Assembly: GCF_000281045.1 (NCBI RefSeq)
Contig: NW_008246094.1
Coordinates: 132,812-196,106 of the forward strand
DNA from: Saprolegnia diclina VS20
Lineage: Eukaryota
Length of the DNA stretch: 63,295 nucleotides
Direction: 5' to 3'
A program made the translations under genes and the position numbers. Numbering within the stretch: the stretch's first letter is position 1; every line of letters begins with the position of its first letter. The notes beneath the pieces were generated by a model. It had not been told where the DNA came from. It made no database searches and was given only the letters and a program-made list of their open reading frames with translations. Below are positions 55,865-63,295 of the stretch, piece by piece.

Positions 55865-58800
55865 ATGAAGCAGCAATCGCTCCTGAGCTTCTTCTCGCCG
55901 CCGGCCAAGAAGCCACCGACGGGCGGCGACGCCAAGGAAGGAACACCTGCGACGTCGGCGAAGAAGGCGCCGGCGGCCAAGCCCTCGGCCGCCAAGGCCA
56001 CACCGGCCAAGTCGACGCCGGCCAAGTCACCTGTGGCCAAGACGACGCCAGCCAAGACGACGCCGGCCAAGACGACGCCAGCCAAGACGACGCCGGCCAA
56101 GACGACGCCAGCCAAGACAACTCCGGCAAAGGCGGAAGCAAGCATGCCACGGGTCGAGCTCACGCCACGAGCCAAGCCGCAGAAATCGTACAAGGACGTC
56201 CTTGGCTCGAGCTCGGACGACGACGCGGACGACGACGAGCCGCTCACCAAGAAGCGCAAGCGCCTCACCAAGCCGCAGTCCAAAGCGATCGCCATCTCAG
56301 ACGACGACGAGGAAGACGAGTGGAAAGAGCCCAAGGACGTGGTCATGGTCGAGAGCGACGACGGCAGCGTCAGCCTCGCCAGCGAGAGCGAAGAAGACGT
56401 CAAGCCCATCCAGAAGAAGGCAAAAACCAAGTCGCCAGTGACCAAGAAAGCGCCTCTGAAAGCGGCCAAAGCGCCGACGAAGGAGACACCGCCGGCGGGC
56501 AGCGGTGGCACGCTCCGCCAGCACGACGCGTGGCCATGGCTCCACGCCGAGCGCATGGACATGAAAAAGCGCAAGCCATCCGACCCCGAGTACGACGACC
56601 GGACTCTCTACCTCCCCGAGACGTTCTTGAGCAAGGAGACGCCGGCCATGCAGCAGTGGTGGGCGGTCAAGCGCGAGAACATGGACACGGTCCTCTTCTT
56701 CAAAGTCGGCAAGTTTTACGAGCTCTTCCATATGGACGCCGACATTGGCTTCAAGGAGCTCCAGCTCAACTACATGAAGGGCGAGAAGGCGCATTCGGGC
56801 TTCCCCGAGAAGGCCTATGCCAAGTACTCGTCGCAACTCGTGGCGCGCGGGTACCGCGTCGCGCGCGTCGAGCAGACCGAGACGCCCGAGATGCTCAAAG
56901 CCCGGGGCACCAAGTCCAAGGTCGTGCGCCGCGAGGTCTGCTCGCTCTTGTCGCCGGGCACGAACACGATCAGCTTCCTCGATGGGTCGACGCCGGTGCT
57001 CCGGACGGGCGTTGCGTCGTACCTCCTCGCGTTGAAAGAGGAAGAGACGTCGTATGGCCTTTGTCTCGTCGACTGCACCACTGGGGCGTTTGTCCTCGGG
57101 CAGTTTGATGACACGCGGCAGCGCGACCGGCTGCGTACTGTCTTGGCGCAGTTTCACATTGCCGAGATCGTCCACGAGCGCCACGGGCTCTCGAAGGAGA
57201 CGAAGGCGGTGCTCAACCACGGCCTTGCCACGTCGACGTGCGTCCGCACGGAGCTCAAGGCCGGCGCCGAGATGTGGGATGCGACCCGCACGGTGCGGGA
57301 GCTCAAGTCGGCTGCGTATTTTGCGGCCGAGGCCTGGCCCAGTGTGCTCTTGGCGTGCATCGACTCGGACGGGACGGTCAAGGCTGACAAGGCGCTGGCG
57401 ATTGGCGCGCTCGGCGGGTGCGTCTGGAACCTTCGCCGGAGCTTGATCGACCACGAGCTTCTCTCGCTCGGGCAGTTTGCGACGTACACGCCGCCGGATG
57501 CCTCAAGCGAGCTCACGCAGCGCTACGTGGTACTCGACGGCCATACGATCTCCAACCTCGAGCTCTTGCGCAACAACTACAACGGGACACGCCAAGGATC
57601 GGTGCTGGAGCAGCTCGACAAGACGATCACGGGCTTTGGGAAGCGGCGGTTTGAAGAATGGCTGCTCAAGCCACTCTGCCACGTCGACGAGATCCACGCG
57701 CGGCTGGACGCGGTCGCCGACCTCATTGGGCTCCACCACAGCGTCGTAAGTGAAGTGCGGAGCATCCTCAAGAGCCTTCCGGACCTCGAGCGCCTCTTGT
57801 CACGCATCCACGCTCTGGGGTCGGCACACCGCGCGCAAACGCACCCGGACGGCCGTGCTATCATGTACGAGCTTGCGTCCTACAACGTCCGCAAGATCAA
57901 GGACTTTGTCGCGGCGCTCAACGGCTTCAAATCTGCGATCCGGGTCGTCGAGTTGCTCCGGGACGCGGTCACCGCGCCTGTCCTGACCGAGTGGGTCGAG
58001 TCGTACCCGGATGTCTCGGAGGTTCTGTCCTTCTTTGATGCAGCGTTTGACCACCGCCAAGCACTGCAGTCCGGCACGATCCAGCCGCAGGCTGGCGTCG
58101 ACGCCGACTATGACGACGCGGCCAACGAGGTGACGACGGTGCTCGACGAGCTCGATGTGTATCTGCAGGCGCAGCGCAAGGCGCTCAAATGCAAGTCGAT
58201 CGTGTATTGGGGCACCAAGCGCGAAGACCGCTTCCAGCTCGAAGTGCCCGAGTCGGCGATCGGGTCGCAGCAACCCAAGGCGTACGAGCTCAAGAGCAAG
58301 AAGAAGGGCTTCAAGCGCTTCCATACGCCCGAGATCCGCGACTTGCTGCGGCGCCTCATGGCCGCCGAAGACCGCAAGGAAGACGCACTCAAAGACCAGA
58401 CGCGCAAGATGTTTGCGACCTTTGATATGCACTACGCCAAGTGGCTTGCTGCCGTCCACGCTCTCGCAACGCTCGACTGCCTCATTAGCCTCGCGCTCAT
58501 CTCGGGCCAGAGCGACGGCTACGTCCGCCCCACCTTTGTCAACGCCGCCGCCGACGGGCCCTTCCTCGAGATTGTGGACGGCAAGCACCCGAGCATTGCG
58601 GCGTCCGTGCCCGACTTTATCCCGAACGACACGACGTTGAGCGGATCGACGCCGATGCTGCTGCTCAGCGGTCCCAACATGGGTGGCAAGTCGACGCTCC
58701 TTCGGCAAAACTGCATCCTCGTGCTCATGGCGCAGATGGGCTGCTACGTCCCCGCGACGTCGTGCGCGCTGACGCCGGTCGACCGTATTTTCACGCGGCT

Positions 58801-59386
58801 CGGCGCGTCCGACCGCATCCTCGCAGGCCAGAGTACGCTCTTTGTCGAGCTCGCCGAGACGGCGACGATCCTCCGGCACGCATCGCGCCACTCGCTCGTC
58901 ATTTTGGACGAGCTCGGTCGCGGTACCTCGACGTTTGACGGCACGGCCATCGCATATGCTGTCGTCGAGCATCTCTTGCACGGAATTGGGTACGTTTTTT
59001 TAAATGTATCAAGGTATCAAGAGGCGCGAAATAGGTGCCGGACGATGTTTGCGACGCATTACCATTCGCTCGTCGAAGAGTACATTGAGAACGACCGCGT
59101 CGGCCTCGGCCACATGGACTGCATGGTCGACCCGGACAACGACGCCAAGGTCGTCTTCCTCTACAAGCTCGCCGACGGCATTTGCCCCAAGAGTTATGGC
59201 CTCAACGTCGCAACGCTCGCCGAGCTCCCGGACGACGTCATTACACTCGCGGGCGCCAAGTCGGCCGAGTTTGAAGATGCGCTCAAAAATACGTTTGCGT
59301 GCTCGGAGCTGCAGTCAGCCGTGCGCAATGCCGCCGCGGCGAGCGACGGCGCCGCCCTGCGCGCGCTCTGGACGAATCTTGCCTAG
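55865..59386 (+). CDS. MSH6: DNA mismatch repair protein MSH6
   Basis: N-terminal PIP box QQSLLSFF, FFKVGKFYELF, Walker A GPNMGGKST, LDELGRGTSTFDG, FATHYH; one in-frame intron at about 58990-59034. Confidence 0.95.
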   Translation: MKQQSLLSFFSPPAKKPPTGGDAKEGTPATSAKKAPAAKPSAAKATPAKSTPAKSPVAKTTPAKTTPAKTTPAKTTPAKTTPAKTTPAKAEASMPRVELTPRAKPQKSYKDVLGSSSDDDADDDEPLTKKRKRLTKPQSKAIAISDDDEEDEWKEPKDVVMVESDDGSVSLASESEEDVKPIQKKAKTKSPVTKKAPLKAAKAPTKETPPAGSGGTLRQHDAWPWLHAERMDMKKRKPSDPEYDDRTLYLPETFLSKETPAMQQWWAVKRENMDTVLFFKVGKFYELFHMDADIGFKELQLNYMKGEKAHSGFPEKAYAKYSSQLVARGYRVARVEQTETPEMLKARGTKSKVVRREVCSLLSPGTNTISFLDGSTPVLRTGVASYLLALKEEETSYGLCLVDCTTGAFVLGQFDDTRQRDRLRTVLAQFHIAEIVHERHGLSKETKAVLNHGLATSTCVRTELKAGAEMWDATRTVRELKSAAYFAAEAWPSVLLACIDSDGTVKADKALAIGALGGCVWNLRRSLIDHELLSLGQFATYTPPDASSELTQRYVVLDGHTISNLELLRNNYNGTRQGSVLEQLDKTITGFGKRRFEEWLLKPLCHVDEIHARLDAVADLIGLHHSVVSEVRSILKSLPDLERLLSRIHALGSAHRAQTHPDGRAIMYELASYNVRKIKDFVAALNGFKSAIRVVELLRDAVTAPVLTEWVESYPDVSEVLSFFDAAFDHRQALQSGTIQPQAGVDADYDDAANEVTTVLDELDVYLQAQRKALKCKSIVYWGTKREDRFQLEVPESAIGSQQPKAYELKSKKKGFKRFHTPEIRDLLRRLMAAEDRKEDALKDQTRKMFATFDMHYAKWLAAVHALATLDCLISLALISGQSDGYVRPTFVNAAADGPFLEIVDGKHPSIAASVPDFIPNDTTLSGSTPMLLLSGPNMGGKSTLLRQNCILVLMAQMGCYVPATSCALTPVDRIFTRLGASDRILAGQSTLFVELAETATILRHASRHSLVILDELGRGTSTFDGTAIAYAVVEHLLHGIGYVFLNVSRYQEARNRCRTMFATHYHSLVEEYIENDRVGLGHMDCMVDPDNDAKVVFLYKLADGICPKSYGLNVATLAELPDDVITLAGAKSAEFEDALKNTFACSELQSAVRNAAAASDGAALRALWTNLA
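55990..56130 (+). repeat. 15-bp coding minisatellite (GCCAAGACGACGCCR)n = AKTTP repeats in the MSH6 N-terminus
   Basis: Six AKTTP units preceded by the variants AKATP, AKSTP and AKSPV. Confidence 0.9.
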
Positions 59387-59864
59387 TCGTTTTCTGTATC
59401 TACATATACATATATCGTCCTTCCAAAATTTGATTGTATTCCTACAGCGCACAGTTGGACTGGCGCCGGTTCAAACCTCAGCGTCCGACCATTTGAGTGT
59501 GCTGCCGCCAAGTCACTTCTTATTGACACTTGGCTGCCGCTCTCGCATCGGCGCTTTGGACGGCGGGGCCGCGGACCAGACATCCAGATTGCGAAGCGGA
59601 CTAGCGCCGTGTGGGTGTCGACGAGTTGTGCGTCGTGTGATCTCTAATGTCAATGATATCAGACGGTATACGTTCGGTCTTACATCGTTGAAACTAGAGA
59701 TAGGAGTCTTCGATCTCTATACATTGTACTTCTGTTCACTGTAGTAGCAAAAATATACATGTCAGTAGATTGCCCGTTGGTGGTAGCCACCGACGGTCGC
59801 CATCCCGCTATCTCTTGTCAAACCCCGAGATGGAAAAAGCGCCAACGGCTCTTTGACAATCGAG

Positions 59865-61656
59865 TTACTCGTTCTTCTCAAACATGAGCAGCCCTTCTTC
59901 GTAGAGGGCTTTGACAAGCCCGATCTGGTCGGCCGGGTCTTCGTGCGGGAGGTCGCCGACGCGGAAGAAGGCCGGGTAGCTCTCAAAGATGTACTCGATG
60001 CTCTCGGCGTCGTCGATCTCAAACTCGAGCGGCGAGAGCGGGTTCTCGTGGTGCTTGCGCGAGTTTTCCTTGCAGTGGTAGACGACCGCCTTCCCGTCCT
60101 CGATCGCCATGCGCGCAATGCCATACCGCAGCAGCTTGAAGCGCGCGTTGACGTTGATCTTTGGCCGCGGACTGCCCTCGACCGTGCAGTCTTCCTCCTC
60201 GTCTTCGAGCTACCATCCCATTGCATCAGTGACGCACCTCCGTCATCGTGTTCGTACCAAGGGCGGGAGACGGTCAACGAGAAAGTTGCGCGCCATTTGG
60301 TCGCACGCCGCGTCCGCAATGTCCATGGCTTCCGTCACAATCTACGAGGTTCTCAATCCCGTCTCAAGTATCAAGTTGATACAAACCTCGCGGAGGTTCT
60401 TCTTGAGCGCGGCAAGGAATGCAACGCGGCGAGGGTCTTCGGTCTTGTCCGAGTGAATCGCACCCATGTAGCCGAGGTAGTCGCGCGGCAGCGACTTGCG
60501 CAGCTCGACGTTTTGAGCAATCACGTTGGTCACAGCCTATGTTTCAAGTTGATACAAATCGCACCTGCAACGCAAAACCATACCTGCGGCATGAGCGTCT
60601 CGAGGAGGTTGCCGTAGCAGTTTTGCTGCCCCGTCGACACTGTCACGTGCAGCGAGTCGGCCTACGCAAAATGAAAATCCCGTTAAATAGCGTAAAATAC
60701 GGGAAAATATGCAAAATACGTACGTCGTCCGGGCTCTGCGCCTGGTGGATAAAGCCGCGGGGGAAGTAGATCAAGTCGCCTTGCTCGACGAGCACGTCGA
60801 CGATCGGGCTACCAATCTCGTCCTGCTTGAAGTTGCGGCTCGACGTGCGCGGGAGCGTCTCGTCGTCGCTCAATGGCGCGTAGACCTTCCACTGCTTCTT
60901 GCCTTCGACCTGCAGCAAGAAGGCTTCAATGTCGTCGTAATGCGGCGCAAACCCCTAGATACCACAAAACGATATGCCTCTTTTTCAAACGCGAATTTTG
61001 CGATGGACCTGCGTGCCCTTGGGCGTGAGGTACGTGTTGGAGCCGGCCATGCAGCCCCACTCTTCCTCGAGGATCGAGAGCATTTTCCAGACCGGGTCCG
61101 AGAACTTTTGTGGGCACAAGAGGCGCACCGAGCAGCCTTGCTCAAAGTGCTTCCAGACGGTCGCCGGGTTAGCCGCGCCATCCGGGTTGAGCGTCGTGCG
61201 CACGTCGTTCTGGTACCGCGTCAAGTCAATGTCCTCGCCGTACTCGAGCGTGTGCTCGCGCAGCATGCGGTCGATCTCGTCGCGGCTGAACCACCCGTCA
61301 TAGTACGACTCAAAGTGGCGCTTGATCACGAGCGGCTTGCGCTCCCAGTAGTTGGCGTAAAAATCCTGTTGACGCAAAGGACTAGCACCTTTTCGTAGCA
61401 GTAGCATAGAGAGTTACCTCGAGCGTCACGGGGTAAATGAGCCATTGGAAAAAGAGCTTGGCCTTGGTCGAGCTGTGGAGGCCCGTGTCCATCGCGAGCT
61501 CGTGCGCGTCGGTGACGTCATCACCCTCGATGGCTACGCGGTGTATGATGAGACGGCGGTGACGCAGAGCGCGTCGATAGAGGTCGTACGGGCGTCGATC
61601 ACGAGCGGGTGCTTCTCTTCGACCTTGCGGCGCTTGGACGACGACGGCGCAGACAT
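59865..61656 (-). CDS. RIOX1: JmjC ribosomal oxygenase / histidyl hydroxylase RIOX1 (NO66)-like, multi-exon
   Basis: FYANYWERKPL, GCSVRLLCPQ, GSNTYLTP, GFAPHYDDIEAFLLQVEGKKQW, GDLIYFPRGFIHQA, SLHVTVST. Confidence 0.9.
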
Positions 61657-62131
61657 GACCGAGTAGGATTGGTTGTGGTCGACTGAGTGCAACGATTGGG
61701 TCGTAAAAGCAATAGATAGCCAATCAAACGCGAGGTGAGGAAAATACGCCAAGGCCATTGGTGGATTATCAACAAATGGCATCGGCGCATTGCCACGCAC
61801 AACGCAGATTGAGCTCTTGCATCAGAGTGCGCCGAACCCGTGAGCTTGCTTTGCTGGGCGGTGCATCATGCTCAACTACAGTAGGTAGTATGCACTGCGT
61901 AGCTCCGCGGACAGCGGCCAATCTAGCCGGCTCTCTTTTTGAGCAGTCAACTGACGCGCTTGAGCTTGGCCAGTCGTTTGGTCCTGGGCATCAGACAACG
62001 CATACATTCGCAAAGTGTTTGAGTATACAAGTTGTCATCATCGAGTAAATGTTTGTTCATTTATCTTCAATATACGATACGGTTTAAATGTACAGACACA
62101 GTGGCTGTTGCTCTCTTCTTGCGAGAGCAGT

Positions 62132-63295
62132 TTACGCTTCGTCGCGCTTGGGCGTCTCGATATCGACAGTCTTCTGGGCGCGGACCGACCCGTTGGAGAA
62201 GAGAAGCTCAATGTCTTCGAGGAGGAGGCCCTTNNNNNNNNNNNNNNNNNNNNNNNNNNNNNNNNNNNNNNNNNNNNNNNNNNNNNNNNNNNNNNNNNNN
62301 NNNNNNNNNNNNNNNNNNNNNNNNNNNNNNNNNNNNNNNNNNNNNNNNNNNNNNNNNNNNNNNNNNNNNNNNNNNNNNNNNNNNNNNNNNNNNNNNNNNN
62401 NNNNNNNNNNNNNNNNNNNNNNNNNNNNNNNNNNNNNNNNNNNNNNNNNNNNNNNNNNNNNNNNNNNNNNNNNNNNNNNNNNNNNNNNNNNNNNNNNNNN
62501 NNNNNNNNNNNNNNNNNNNNNNNNNNNNNNNNNNNNNNNNNNNNNNNNNNNNNNNNNNNNNNNNNNNNNNNNNNNNNNNNNNNNNNNNNNNNNNNNNNNN
62601 NNNNNNNNNNNNNNNNNNGGAATCGTCGAGAGGAAGTTGACGATCTGGAAGATGAGGAGCGACACGATACCGTCACCGACGACGTCCTTGAAGATCTGAC
62701 CGCCGTACGTGAAGATCGGGTTGATACCGGTGGCTTGCTGGAGCAGCTGAAGCGAGCAAGCAATGATGACGCGCGGGCGGATGGACGGGTGCCAGAGGTC
62801 AGCCCACGTGGACGTGTTGTCGCCTTCTTCTTCGATGGCGTCACCAATGGCCTGGAGCTCAGCGCCGACGTTTTCAGTACGACGGAGACGCTTGAGGGCC
62901 GCCTCGGCTTGGTCACGGCCCTTGGCCTTGTACGTCCAGCGCGGGGACTCGGGCACGCAAAAGATACCGGCCATAACGATCACCGGGAAGGCCATCGCAA
63001 CAGCGTTGGTGACGCGCCAGCCGTGTTCGTCGTTCTGGACGACGTAGTTGATAATACCGGCAAGAAGGAGACCGGTGACGATCGACATCTGCATGAAGCC
63101 CGAGAGCATACCGCGAAGCTCCTTGGGGGCCATCTCGGCACCGAAGATCGGCAGCGAGAACGACGAGTTGCCGACGCCAAAGCCCTGGATGATACGGGCG
63201 ATCAGCGAGAGCGTGTGGTTGCCCTTGTTGGTGAGGACGAGCATGAGCGTGCCGGCGCAGAAGAGGACACCGGCCGAGAAGATGGTCGCGCGGCG
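62132..63295 (-). CDS. MFS sugar porter family transporter (5' end beyond the window; internal gap)
   Basis: ARIIQGFGVG, EMAPKELRG, PESPRW, QQATGINPIFTYG, KGLLLEDIE. Confidence 0.92.
   Translation of the reverse strand, partial: RRATIFSAGVLFCAGTLMLVLTNKGNHTLSLIARIIQGFGVGNSSFSLPIFGAEMAPKELRGMLSGFMQMSIVTGLLLAGIINYVVQNDEHGWRVTNAVAMAFPVIVMAGIFCVPESPRWTYKAKGRDQAEAALKRLRRTENVGAELQAIGDAIEEEGDNTSTWADLWHPSIRPRVIIACSLQLLQQATGINPIFTYGGQIFKDVVGDGIVSLLIFQIVNFLSTIXXXXXXXXXXXXXXXXXXXXXXXXXXXXXXXXXXXXXXXXXXXXXXXXXXXXXXXXXXXXXXXXXXXXXXXXXXXXXXXXXXXXXXXXXXXXXXXXXXXXXXXXXXXXXXXXXXXXXXXXXXXXXXXXXKGLLLEDIELLFSNGSVRAQKTVDIETPKRDEA
62234..62618. other. Assembly gap
   Basis: Run of N. Confidence 0.95.

Noticed and set aside
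55990..56130. CRISPR-like array
   Set aside because: Tandem coding repeat without spacers, in a eukaryotic gene; no cas genes.

Overview
Gene-dense, GC-rich eukaryotic DNA with many short (about 45-60 nt) GT-AG introns, CCAAT boxes and oomycete-type INR+FPR core promoters. It is most consistent with a Saprolegniales oomycete (Saprolegnia/Achlya-like; inference). About 30 protein-coding genes can be supported. Housekeeping genes are RPL17, MSH6, NOM1, BRAP2, signal peptide peptidase, RIOX1/NO66, a Man1/Src1-like gene, a HIRIP3-like gene and a sugar porter. Flagellar/centriolar genes are DNAAF5 and an Sfi1-repeat protein. Two mitochondrial arginine-pathway fusion genes lie 2.7 kb apart: GATase-CPS and NAGK-NAGPR. 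There is also an opine dehydrogenase ending in a PTS1-like SRM, four diverged PRA1 paralogues and a divergent TBP. The most unusual items are: (1) a pogo/CENP-B-type DNA-binding domain spliced to ankyrin repeats encoded by exact 99-nt phase-0 exons; (2) a stalkless kinesin with PB1-like, beta-propeller and EF-hand domains; (3) a degenerate PARP-fold protein; (4) a TTGATAC/GTATCAA motif recurring in many introns. I recognised no rRNA, tRNA, CRISPR array or intact transposon. There are three N gaps. Gene models and family calls were made by eye from motifs, without database searches.
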